NCBI GenBank assembly: GCA_963720545.1
Contig: OY970399.1
Span: 2,912,001-2,976,000, forward strand
DNA: 64,000 nucleotides
Source of the DNA: an uncultured Acidobacteriota bacterium
GTDB taxonomy: Bacteria > Acidobacteriota > Vicinamibacteria > Fen-336
Direction: 5' to 3'
In this document: piece by piece, positions 23,346 to 32,146 of the stretch
Position numbering within the stretch: the first letter of the stretch is position 1
How the letters are laid out: every line of letters begins with the position of its first letter
The notes under the pieces: model-generated
What the model was told of the DNA's origin: nothing
The model's input: only the letters and a program-made list of their open reading frames with translations
The model's database searches: none
Program-made: the position numbers and the translations under genes

Positions 23346-23610
23346 ATCGACGGATTGGCCAGGGACGGGAGCCAATCCGTCGATGACGAACGCGAGCGCC
23401 CGGGAACGGAACGAAGGAAATCGACGGATTGGACGGGGACGGGAGCCAATCCGTCGATGACGAACGCGAGCGCCCGGGGAACGGAACGAAGGAAATCGAC
23501 GGATTGGACGGGGACGGGAGCCAATCCGTCGATGACGAACGCGAGCGCCCGGGAACGGAACGAAGGAAATCGACGGATTGGACGGGGACGGGAGCCAATC
23601 CGTCGATGAC
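23346..23610 (-). repeat. four tandem REP-like hairpin units (74-75 bp period), inverted relative to the rho-proximal copies
   Basis: Hairpin cores at 23346-23384, 23420-23458, 23495-23533, 23569-23607 with near-identical linkers; degenerate fifth copy near 23272-23311. Confidence 0.9.
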
Positions 23611-24029
23611 TACTGCTCGCGGGTCTCGTCTCCCAGGCCTTCGCGCACCGTCACCCGCACGCTGTTGGCGGCGAACGAATTGCCGGCGCGGCGGAAGGTC
23701 GCCTTCACGTTGTAGACGCCGGCGCGGCGGAACTGGTGCTCGGCGGTGAAGTGCCGCTCGATCTTGGCGCCCTTCTCGTACGGCGGGCAGTCGGCTTCGT
23801 GGATGCTCTTGCCGCCGTCGCCCCATTCCCACTCGATCTCGGGGCAGTAGAACGCCTCGATGTCGTCGCCGCCCACGAACTCGGCCGTGACGTAGACGTT
23901 GACCGGCGAGAACGCCATGCGCGGCGTCGCCTTCATGTCGAGCTTGGGTTTCTTGCCCTTGTCGTCCGCGGCGCCGAGTGCGAGGACGGCACAAGCTGCA
24001 GCCAGCCAGGTCTTGCGGTTCTTGGTCAT
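23610..24029 (-). CDS. secreted hypothetical protein with PKD-like beta-sandwich motif
   Basis: Signal peptide; 'YCPEIEWEWGDG' and 'HQFRRAGVYNVK' resemble PKD 'WDFGDG..H.Y..PG.Y.V'. Confidence 0.7.
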   Translation of the reverse strand: MTKNRKTWLAAACAVLALGAADDKGKKPKLDMKATPRMAFSPVNVYVTAEFVGGDDIEAFYCPEIEWEWGDGGKSIHEADCPPYEKGAKIERHFTAEHQFRRAGVYNVKATFRRAGNSFAANSVRVTVREGLGDETREQ

Positions 24030-24110
24030 TTTGCTCTCGAAGCTCCGTCTCGGGCGCCGTGCGGGCCGGGAAACGCCCGTTCCGGATTGTAGCCTCGATA
24101 CAATCCCGCC

Positions 24111-25532
24111 ATGGTAATCCCGCTGCCACCGTCACTGAGTGGCGTGTTCAACGCCCTGCGCGCGGCGGGCGGGCGGGCCTGGCTCGTCGGCGGGGTCGTG
24201 CGCGACGCCTGGCTGGGTGCCGAACGAGCCGCCAAGGACTACGACGTCGAGGTGTTCGGCCTGGAGCAAGCGCGGCTCGAAGACGCGCTGCGCACCCTCG
24301 GGCGCGTGGACACGGTGGGCGAGGCGTTCACCGTCTACAAGCTCAGCGGGCTCGAGGGCGTGGGCGGCGCCGTGGATGTCTCGCTGCCGCGGCGCGACTC
24401 GAAGGCGGGGCCGGGCCACCGCGGCATCGCCGTCGTGGGCGACCCGTCGCTCGGCCTCGAGGACGCTGCGCGGCGCCGCGACTTCACCATGAACGCGATG
24501 ATGTACGACCCGCTCGCGGACGAGCTCGCCGACCCGCACGGCGGCCGCGCCGACCTCGACCGGCGCCTGCTGCGCGCTGTCGACCCAGCAACCTTCGGCG
24601 AGGATCCGCTGCGCGCGCTGCGCGCCGTCCAGTTCGCCGCGCGTTTCCTGCTTGCGGTCGAGCCACGGACGGCGCGCCTCTGCGCCGCGATGCCGATCGC
24701 GGAGCTGCCCGCGGAGCGGATCTTCGGCGAGATCGAGAAGTTGCTGCTGCAGGCTGCGCATCCGTCGCGCGGCTTCGCCCTGTTGCGCGAGTGGGGCATG
24801 CGCGAAACCGTGTGCCCGGAGCTCCAGCAGCTGGAGGGCACGCCGCAGGACCCGCAGTGGCACCCGGAAGGCGACGTCTGGACGCACACGCTGCAGGCGA
24901 TCGACGAAGCGGCGCTGCTCCGGGGCGGCCTCGACCACGCGCGCGCCCTCACGGTGATGCTCGCCACGTTGTGCCACGACCTGGGCAAGCCCGCGACCAC
25001 GCGCTTCGAGGACGGCCGCATGCGCTCGCGCGGCCACGAGGAGGCCGGGGTCGCGCCGACCCTGGCACTGCTCGACCGCTGGCGCGTGCACAGCCTGCAC
25101 GGCTTCGACGTCCGCGCCCAGGTGGTGGCTCTCGTCGCGAACCACCTCAAGCCCGGGCAGCTTTGGGACGAGCGCGAACGGGTTTCGGACGGCGCCATCC
25201 GCCGGCTCGCGGCAAAGTGCGAGGCGGACCTCCTCTACCGAGTTGCGCGCGCCGATTGTCTCGGCCGCCGGCCGGGACAATTCGAACCCGTAGCTATGGA
25301 GTGGTTTCGCGGCCGGGTGCGCGAGCTGGCGGTTGAACAGCGGCCGCCGGCACCGCTGCTGCGCGGCCGCGACGTGCTCGCCCTCGGCGTCTTGCCGGGG
25401 CCCGAGGTGGGGCGGATCGTGGCGGCCGTCTACGAACTCCAGCTCGATGGTGAGATTGCTGACGAAGCCCAGGCGAAAGCCGCGGCGCGCAGCCTCGTCG
25501 CAGCTAAAGTAGGCGATAGAGGGCAACCATGA
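24111..25532 (+). CDS. cca: CCA tRNA nucleotidyltransferase with HD domain
   Basis: 'LVGGVVRD', 'DYDVE', 'RRDFTMNAM', 'EDPLRALRA', 'ERIFGEIEK', 'HPEGDVWTHT', 'CHDLGKP'. Confidence 0.88.
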   Translation: MVIPLPPSLSGVFNALRAAGGRAWLVGGVVRDAWLGAERAAKDYDVEVFGLEQARLEDALRTLGRVDTVGEAFTVYKLSGLEGVGGAVDVSLPRRDSKAGPGHRGIAVVGDPSLGLEDAARRRDFTMNAMMYDPLADELADPHGGRADLDRRLLRAVDPATFGEDPLRALRAVQFAARFLLAVEPRTARLCAAMPIAELPAERIFGEIEKLLLQAAHPSRGFALLREWGMRETVCPELQQLEGTPQDPQWHPEGDVWTHTLQAIDEAALLRGGLDHARALTVMLATLCHDLGKPATTRFEDGRMRSRGHEEAGVAPTLALLDRWRVHSLHGFDVRAQVVALVANHLKPGQLWDERERVSDGAIRRLAAKCEADLLYRVARADCLGRRPGQFEPVAMEWFRGRVRELAVEQRPPAPLLRGRDVLALGVLPGPEVGRIVAAVYELQLDGEIADEAQAKAAARSLVAAKVGDRGQP

Positions 25533-26608
25533 CTGTTTCCATCGAGCCGGTGACGAGTGCGATCCCGGTGACCCGCGTCAAGCGGTCGCGAGTCGCCGAC
25601 CAGGACCTCACCAAGACGCGCTTCGGCACCGTGTTCGCCGACCACATGCTGGTCGCGGAATGGTCGGACGGCCATTGGGGTCCGGCGCACATCGAGCCCT
25701 ACGGCCCCATGCCGCTGCCGCCGAGCATCACCGGCCTGCAGTACGCGCTGTCGGTGTTCGAAGGCATGAAGGCGCACCGCGCCCCCGACGGCAGCCTGCT
25801 GCTGTTCCGGCCGCGCGACAACGCGAAGCGCTTCCAGCGCTCGGCCGAGCGGCTCGCCATGCCCAGCGTCCCCGAGGAGCTGTTCATCGACAGCATCAAG
25901 GCGCTGCTGCGCGAAGACCGCGACTGGGCGCCGCCGCACGGCCAGGGCGCCCTCTACATCCGCCCGGTGCAGTTCTCGAACGACCCGGTCATCGGCGTGC
26001 GTCCCGCAGAGCGCTTCCTGTTCACCATCTTCACTGCGCCCTTCGCGAGCTACTTCAAGAAGCCGGTGGACGTGCTGGTGATGGACAAGTATGTGCGCGC
26101 CTTTCCCGGCGGCACCGGCGACGTCAAGCCCGGCGCCAACTACGCGGGCGCCATGAAGGCCGACCGCGAGGCGCGCGACCAGGGGTTCGATTCGGTGCTG
26201 TGGCTGGACGCCGAGGAGCACCGTTACGTCGAGGAGTGCGGCGTCATGAACATGTTCGCGGTCTTCAAGGACCGGGTGGTGACGGCGCCGCTCACCGGCA
26301 CCATCCTCCCTGGCGTCACCCGCGCCAGCGTCATCACGCTGCTGCGCGAGATGGGCCAGCGGGTGGACGAGGAGCGCTACACCCTCGATGCGCTGTTCGC
26401 CGCCGCCGACAGCGGCGAGCTGCGCGAGTGCTTCGGCACCGGCACCGCCGCCACCGTCTCGAGCCTCAACAGCATCCGCCACCGCGACCGCACCATCACG
26501 CTGCCGGCAATCCAGGACTCGGGCGTCGCGTCGGCGGTGCGCGAGCGGCTGGTGGCGATCATGACCGGCGCCGCGCCCGACACCCACGGCTGGATCGAAG
26601 CGGTCTAG
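25529..26608 (+). CDS. ilvE: branched-chain amino acid aminotransferase
   Basis: 'FADHM', 'LQYALSVFEGMKA', 'LFRPRDN', 'LYIRP', 'EECGVMN', 'ILPGVTR', 'GTGTAA'. Confidence 0.93.
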   Translation: MTVSIEPVTSAIPVTRVKRSRVADQDLTKTRFGTVFADHMLVAEWSDGHWGPAHIEPYGPMPLPPSITGLQYALSVFEGMKAHRAPDGSLLLFRPRDNAKRFQRSAERLAMPSVPEELFIDSIKALLREDRDWAPPHGQGALYIRPVQFSNDPVIGVRPAERFLFTIFTAPFASYFKKPVDVLVMDKYVRAFPGGTGDVKPGANYAGAMKADREARDQGFDSVLWLDAEEHRYVEECGVMNMFAVFKDRVVTAPLTGTILPGVTRASVITLLREMGQRVDEERYTLDALFAAADSGELRECFGTGTAATVSSLNSIRHRDRTITLPAIQDSGVASAVRERLVAIMTGAAPDTHGWIEAV

Positions 26609-28168
26609 CTAGCCGTTCGGTTCGATTTCCTGCGGGCGGCCCAGCGCCGTCTCGCGGTCGAGCACCGCGAGCGCGCGGCGGTAGATCTCGTCCACGTCCT
26701 CGCGGTTGTTGGCGATGGCGGTGACGCCCATCTTGCCGAACTCCGAGATCGCGCCGATCAGGTGGAACAGCACGCCCGACTCGGTGCCGTGGCTGTAGTG
26801 CAGCCGGTTGACGGTGAGGATCTCGATGAGGTCCTCGGGCAGCAGGCCCTTGTACGCCTCGGACCGCAGGTTGTCGGTGGCGCGGTAATACTTCGCCTGG
26901 CCGGTGAGCGACAGGAACAGGCCGGTCTTGGTGTCGAGCGTGCCGCCGGTGAGGAACTGCAGCGCGAGGAACGGGTGGGTGGTGCCGCCCATCCGCAGGT
27001 TGATCTCGAGCGCCGCCACCTGCCACGAGTCGCTGGCGTTGTCGCGCCAGGTGAGGAAGTCGACCGCGAATCGGCTGACGACGCCCTGTTCGCCCAGCAC
27101 TGCGCCGATCTTGAGGCCGGCTTCCTGGATGGCGACCCGGTACTCGTCGCGCGCCGGGAAGGTGCAGCCGAGGAACACCTGGCCGCTCGGTCCGCCGAGG
27201 ATCTGGTCGTGAGTGGAGATGATGACCACGTCGCCCGTGGGGCTGACGCGCAGCTGCGCCGAGGGCGAGTGCTTCTCCTGGCCCTCGATGTACTCCTCGA
27301 CGATGCCACCCATGCGCGCGAACTTGTCGAAGTACGACTCGCGGCTCTCGCTCGCCACGGCGTACTCGAGGTCGGAGAGCGCGTCGCGCACGGCGCCGCG
27401 CTCGGTGACCTTCGGGTAGCGGAACAAGGCGTTGCCTTCGCCGGAGAAGCTGTCGTCGAGCTTCACCACCGCGCGTTTCAGCTTCGGGTTGCGGCCCTTC
27501 AGCTCCAGCAGCACGTTTTCGACGTCATGCTCGGTGCGCAGGTCCTCGACCCCGTCGGGCAGCGCCACGCCCGCCTGGCGGAACACCTTGCGGCTGCCCG
27601 ACTTGGTGCCGAGATGGTTGAGCGAAGGATCGACGCCGTTCATCGGGATGCCGAGCAGCACCGACAGGCGGCGCTCGTGCGCGGTCGAGTTGAAGACCGT
27701 GAGGTAGGCGCGGTCGGGATCCTGGATGCCCTCGCGGATGCGCTCGATGAGCCGCGGCCGCGCCAGGATCTTCTCGGTCAGCGAGCGCGGGCTGGCGTCG
27801 TGCGCGCACAGCAGGGTCAGCCGCGCGCGCGCGTGGCTCGCCGGGATGCCGGCGAGGAACTGGAAGTAGTACTCGAGGATCATCGGGTGGATCGGCTGCG
27901 AGGTCACGTACACCATGCGCGCGCGCGGGTTGCGCAGGCGGATGAGGAGGAACAGCAGCCGCTCCTCGTAGAAGCTGACGCCGGCGAGCTTGCGCAGCTC
28001 CGACTGGTCGAGGGTCAAGGACGGCACCACCACCGAGGTGTGCGGCTCCTCCTCGCGCATCATCAGGGCTTCCCACACCTCGTGCAGGCGGGGCTTGATC
28101 GCCTCGAATTCCGCCAGCTCCTGCTCGCGGGTGATGTCCCACGGGAACGGAGGCTTGGGGATCGTCAC
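26609..28168 (-). CDS. ATP-grasp peptide ligase PGM1-related protein
   Basis: 'VVVPSL', 'YEERLLFLL..LRNPRAR.VYVTS.PI', 'GTKSGSRKVF', 'VVKLDDSFSGEGNA', 'STHDQILGG..GQVFLGC.FPA', 'EINLRMGGTTHP'. Confidence 0.8.
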   Translation of the reverse strand: MTIPKPPFPWDITREQELAEFEAIKPRLHEVWEALMMREEEPHTSVVVPSLTLDQSELRKLAGVSFYEERLLFLLIRLRNPRARMVYVTSQPIHPMILEYYFQFLAGIPASHARARLTLLCAHDASPRSLTEKILARPRLIERIREGIQDPDRAYLTVFNSTAHERRLSVLLGIPMNGVDPSLNHLGTKSGSRKVFRQAGVALPDGVEDLRTEHDVENVLLELKGRNPKLKRAVVKLDDSFSGEGNALFRYPKVTERGAVRDALSDLEYAVASESRESYFDKFARMGGIVEEYIEGQEKHSPSAQLRVSPTGDVVIISTHDQILGGPSGQVFLGCTFPARDEYRVAIQEAGLKIGAVLGEQGVVSRFAVDFLTWRDNASDSWQVAALEINLRMGGTTHPFLALQFLTGGTLDTKTGLFLSLTGQAKYYRATDNLRSEAYKGLLPEDLIEILTVNRLHYSHGTESGVLFHLIGAISEFGKMGVTAIANNREDVDEIYRRALAVLDRETALGRPQEIEPNG

Positions 28169-28181
28169 GAGGAGCTCCTGT

Positions 28182-29309
28182 TCAGGCGAATGCCGAGGTC
28201 TTCACCGCTGCAACGAAGTCGTTCTCGTGGAACGCCGCGGGCTCGCCCAGCATTTCGGCGCGCAGCCTGACCTGCCGCATGAGGTGGAAGCGCATCGGCA
28301 GGAGCAGCGTGAAGTCGGAGGTGAGGTGGCTGCGCTGGTCGCTGTCCTCGTCGGCGTAGGTCGCCTCGAGCGCGCGGCGCCGCTCCTCGAACCACGCGAC
28401 GCTCACCTCGCCGCGGCTCAGCTTGTGCTCCAGCACCTGCCGCTGGCGGTGGCGGTCCACGATCTCCGGATGGTGGTTGGTGCCCATCATCCGCGGCATC
28501 GCGTCGCCGCTGTTGCGCGCGAACTCCATCATCGTCACCGCCTCGCCCGGGCGGCCGTCCTGGTCCTCGACCGCAAGCGCGCGTGCGGCCGCTGCCTGCG
28601 ATGTGGGCAGCAGGTCGAAGAGGCGGCTGTCCACGATGCGGTGGCGCCGCCCGTCGGCGAGCTCGGCCGAGAAGCGGCGGAACCAGGGATGGCTGACGCC
28701 GGCGTCGGTGAGCCAGTTCTCGAGCAGGCCGGCCGACTTGCCGCCCTTGACGTCGGCGCGCAGCGCCGCCTCGGCTTCGCCCGACCAGCGGCACATCATG
28801 CCGAAGGTGTGGCAGATGCCGAGCAGTGCTGCGTCCTCGTCGGCGGCGATCGCGTCGAGCAGCGAGAAGAACGGCTTCTCCCAGGCGGTGTTGTCGCGCA
28901 CGCCCTGCGACCACGGCGAGACGCCGTCGTTGAGGCGCGGATCGAGGTGACCCGGCCCGCCGGTGCCCACGTAGAAGGAATAGCGCGACCCCGGCGCCTC
29001 CGGCAGGGCCAGGCCGCCGCGCACGTCGAACGACAGCACCCGCACCGAGAAGCCGAGCTGCTGCAGCAGCGGCTGCAGGTCGCAGGTCGCGTCGAGCAGG
29101 TCGCGGACGATCGAGTCGTGGCCGAGGTTGGGGAAGCCGTGGTGCATGTCGAGCACCGCCACGTCGATCACGCGGTCGTCGGCGGCCGGCGCCGTGCCCG
29201 GGCGGTCCACCCGTGAGTGCACGAAAACGCTGCCCGGCGCCTCGGCAGGGCAGTCCGTCGCGCAGTACGTAAGCCCTTCGGATTCCTTGAGTTGGCAGGT
29301 GACGGGCAT
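28182..29309 (-). CDS. class I glutamine amidotransferase-like protein
   Basis: Oxyanion 'YVGTGGPG', nucleophile 'LGICHTF', catalytic 'NHHPE'; ATG at 29309. Confidence 0.72.
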   Translation of the reverse strand: MPVTCQLKESEGLTYCATDCPAEAPGSVFVHSRVDRPGTAPAADDRVIDVAVLDMHHGFPNLGHDSIVRDLLDATCDLQPLLQQLGFSVRVLSFDVRGGLALPEAPGSRYSFYVGTGGPGHLDPRLNDGVSPWSQGVRDNTAWEKPFFSLLDAIAADEDAALLGICHTFGMMCRWSGEAEAALRADVKGGKSAGLLENWLTDAGVSHPWFRRFSAELADGRRHRIVDSRLFDLLPTSQAAAARALAVEDQDGRPGEAVTMMEFARNSGDAMPRMMGTNHHPEIVDRHRQRQVLEHKLSRGEVSVAWFEERRRALEATYADEDSDQRSHLTSDFTLLLPMRFHLMRQVRLRAEMLGEPAAFHENDFVAAVKTSAFA

Positions 29310-29335
29310 TCGGTTCCCTGGGGGGAGAAACGAGT

Positions 29336-30682
29336 CTACACCGGGGCTATCTGGAACACCGGGACCTGCCCGCCGCCCGATGTGACATTGGCGAGCGAGG
29401 TGGTGGAGAGGCGCGTGAGGAAGCCCTCGACCTCGCCGTTGAAGACGCACGGGTCGACGTCCATGACGAAATCGCGGAACTGCAGCTCGCCGTTCACCAG
29501 TTCGGGAAACGGCTGCTTGCCCAGTTCGACCTTCTCCTGCACCACGAAGCTCTCGGTCAGCGCGGTCGCGAGCGCCGCGTCCCAGTCGGCCGCCGAAGTT
29601 TCCCAGCCGATGAAGACACCCTTGCCGCCGTACTCGTCGTTCGGCTTCATCACCAGGCGCTCGCGGTTTTCGCGCACGAACGGCAGCAGGTCGACGGACT
29701 TGCCCGCGTACGTGGAGCGGCCCTCGCGCACGCGGCGGGTCCACGGCACGTGGGTCGCGATCGCCTCGCGTTCCGCCGGGGTGAAGATCTTCGCAACCTC
29801 GTCGTCGGTGATCACGGCGAAGATCGCCTTCTTGTGGATGGCCTTGCAGCGAAACGGGTTGAGGAACACGGCGGCCCGCGCCCGCGCCGCGTCCACCAGC
29901 GCTTTCAGCTTGTCTTTCTGTTCGAGGAACTCGTTCACCAGCAGCCGCTTGTAGACGATGTCGATCTGCGTGCTCTCGAAGCGCAGCGCCCCGCCCTCGA
30001 ACGTCAGGTCGAGCGGGTCGCACACGAGCGACGGATAGCCGCGCTCTGCGAAGAACTCGCGGAACAGGTGATGCTCGTTGCGCGTCGGCACGCCTTCGTA
30101 GTCGACGACCGCTATGGTCGGGTTCGGCTTGGTGCCGCCGGCCTCGCGGTAGCAGGAGATGAGCGTCTCGAGCATCTTCTCCCGGCCGTGGAACGGCTGC
30201 AGCGTGTAGCGCTCCTGGAACTTCTTCATGATCGGCAGCTCGAGGAACACCTCGCCGAGGCAATCGTTGTAGCCGATGCCGGCAGGGCTCTCGGCGTTCA
30301 GCTCGACGAACTGGTAGGACGACGGCGTCAGGAACGAATCGATGCGCGAGGTGGGCGAGGAGCGCTTGTAGCCGGGGTCGATGCGCGCCAGCTCGCGCTC
30401 GTCCTCGGTGAGGTCCACCATGTCCCAGAGCGCCTCGCCAAGGCGCTCCTCCACCTTCTCGATCGCGGCGAAGATGGCTCGGCACACGCCCTGGATCTGC
30501 GTGTACTGCATCGCCGTGACGAAGTTGGGCCGCACGAACGGGCAGAAGATGCGGCCGCCGAAGGTGAGCTTGCGGTCGCGCATCTTGTTGAAGAAGGCGT
30601 CCGCCGTTTCCTCGACGAGCGCCTTCTCGTCGCGGACCAGCTGGTGGTATTCATCGATCGCGCGCGGGATTTGTGCATCCAT
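29336..30682 (-). CDS. circularly permuted ATP-grasp amidoligase (glutathionylspermidine-synthase-like)
   Basis: 'RIDSF....YQFVELNAESPAG' precedes 'LVMKPNDEYGGKGVFIG' and 'VVQEKV', 'RLS...LANV..GGG' (permuted order); ATG at 30682. Confidence 0.82.
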   Translation of the reverse strand: MDAQIPRAIDEYHQLVRDEKALVEETADAFFNKMRDRKLTFGGRIFCPFVRPNFVTAMQYTQIQGVCRAIFAAIEKVEERLGEALWDMVDLTEDERELARIDPGYKRSSPTSRIDSFLTPSSYQFVELNAESPAGIGYNDCLGEVFLELPIMKKFQERYTLQPFHGREKMLETLISCYREAGGTKPNPTIAVVDYEGVPTRNEHHLFREFFAERGYPSLVCDPLDLTFEGGALRFESTQIDIVYKRLLVNEFLEQKDKLKALVDAARARAAVFLNPFRCKAIHKKAIFAVITDDEVAKIFTPAEREAIATHVPWTRRVREGRSTYAGKSVDLLPFVRENRERLVMKPNDEYGGKGVFIGWETSAADWDAALATALTESFVVQEKVELGKQPFPELVNGELQFRDFVMDVDPCVFNGEVEGFLTRLSTTSLANVTSGGGQVPVFQIAPV

Positions 30683-30757
30683 ACACGCCGGATTGTAGCT
30701 CTCGTCATGGCGGGGCTGGGGGCGCGCTAAGATCGATGCCAGGAAAAAAGCCAATAC

Positions 30758-32146
30758 ATGGTTGAACTGCGCGAGCCGCTCGACAGCCTCATCGCCCCGT
30801 CCAGTCGTTTCACCGCACAGACCACGTTCCCGCGGGCGAACGAGATCCGCCTCTACGACACGACGCTGCGCGACGGCGAGCAGACCCCCGGCGTCGCCTT
30901 CACGCCAGAGCAGAAGTACGAGCTCGCCTGCATGCTGTCGGATGCCGGGCTGCACATCATCGACATGGGGTTCCCGTCGGCGGCGCCGTCCGAGCGCAAG
31001 GCGCTGACGCTCATCCTCGAGGGCAAGAAGCAGGGCCGCATCCGCGAGGACCTCGAGGTCATCGTCATGTGCCGCTCCAACGCGCGCGACATCGACATCA
31101 CCCTCGACACCCTGAAGGACATGGGCGCGGCCCCCGACGCCTGCACCTTCTTCATCTTCACCTCGGGTTCCGACCTGCACCTCAAGTACAAGATCGGCAA
31201 GACGCTGCTGGCGCTCGAGGGCCGCAAGAGCGAAGAGTGGCTCGACCTGCCGGTGTCCTTCTACCGCGAAGCGAACAACAACATGGCGTGCAAGGCGATC
31301 GCGCATGCGCGCAGCCGCGGCGTCCTGAAGGTGGAGTTCGGCGGCGAGGACGGCTCGCGAGCGGATGTCTCCTACCTCATCGAGCTGGCCACGGCGTGCT
31401 ACAAAGCTGGCGGCACCCGCTACTCGTTCCCCGACACCGTGGGCTTCTTTGCACCAGAGGGCGTCGACTTCTACATCCCGCAGCTGGTGGCGGCGTTTCC
31501 CGACAAGCCGCTCGTCATCCACTTCCACAACGACTTCGGCCTCGGCGCCTACAACACGGTGCGCGCGCTGCACCACGGCGCCACCATTCCCACCTGCACG
31601 GTCAACGGCGTCGGCGAGCGCGCCGGCAACGCGCCGCTGCACACCACGGTGATGATGCTGAAGGAGCTGTACGGTGTCACCGTGCCGGGCTTCCGCTACG
31701 ACATGTTGTGGCCGCTGAAGCGCAAGGTCGAGGAGATGACCGGCCTGCCGGTGGGCGCCACCGAGCCGATCATCGGCCACAACGTCTTCACCCACGAGAC
31801 CGGGATCCACACCGCCGGCATCACCATCCACCCGGCGATCTACCAGGTGATCGAGCCGGCTTCGGTCGGCGGCGAGCTGCGCTTCCTGTTCGGCAAGCAC
31901 TCCGGTGCCATGGCGATCGAGGCCGTGCTGAACCGGCACCGCGCCGAGCTCGACAAGGCGGGCGTCGCGGTGACCGCCGAGCTGGTGCAGCTGCTGCTGC
32001 GGGTGGTGAAGGAGATCCGCGAGAACCGCTCCGAGTCGCATGCCGGAGAGGTCGCTTCCTACTACGGCAACCTCGACCGCCTCGGCCTCACCGAGCGCGA
32101 CCTGCTCGCATACGCGCGCGTGCTGGGCAAGGGAACACCAGGCTGA
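30758..32146 (+). CDS. DRE-TIM acetyl-CoA condensing enzyme (homocitrate / 2-isopropylmalate synthase family), no obvious C-terminal regulatory domain
   Basis: 'YDTTLRDGEQTPG', 'FPDTVG', 'HFHNDFGLG', 'GVGERAGNA', 'FTHETGIH', 'GKHSG'. Confidence 0.85.
   Translation: MVELREPLDSLIAPSSRFTAQTTFPRANEIRLYDTTLRDGEQTPGVAFTPEQKYELACMLSDAGLHIIDMGFPSAAPSERKALTLILEGKKQGRIREDLEVIVMCRSNARDIDITLDTLKDMGAAPDACTFFIFTSGSDLHLKYKIGKTLLALEGRKSEEWLDLPVSFYREANNNMACKAIAHARSRGVLKVEFGGEDGSRADVSYLIELATACYKAGGTRYSFPDTVGFFAPEGVDFYIPQLVAAFPDKPLVIHFHNDFGLGAYNTVRALHHGATIPTCTVNGVGERAGNAPLHTTVMMLKELYGVTVPGFRYDMLWPLKRKVEEMTGLPVGATEPIIGHNVFTHETGIHTAGITIHPAIYQVIEPASVGGELRFLFGKHSGAMAIEAVLNRHRAELDKAGVAVTAELVQLLLRVVKEIRENRSESHAGEVASYYGNLDRLGLTERDLLAYARVLGKGTPG

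Noticed and set aside
23340..23610. CRISPR array (palindromic repeat at 74-75 bp period)
   Set aside because: The intervening sequences are near-identical rather than unique spacers, copies occur in both orientations and dispersed, and no cas gene is in the window
22661..23749. Short ORFs with repeated peptides such as 'APVPVQSVDFLRSVP' and 'SSTDWLPSPSNPSIS'
   Set aside because: These are translations of the DNA hairpin repeats in several frames and on both strands, with no coding signal
29310..32041. ORF-track extensions 28182-30485 and 29336-32041 suggesting giant fusion proteins
   Set aside because: The extensions overlap other real genes (permuted ATP-grasp, DRE-TIM synthase) and are low-complexity; real starts are at 29309 and 30682
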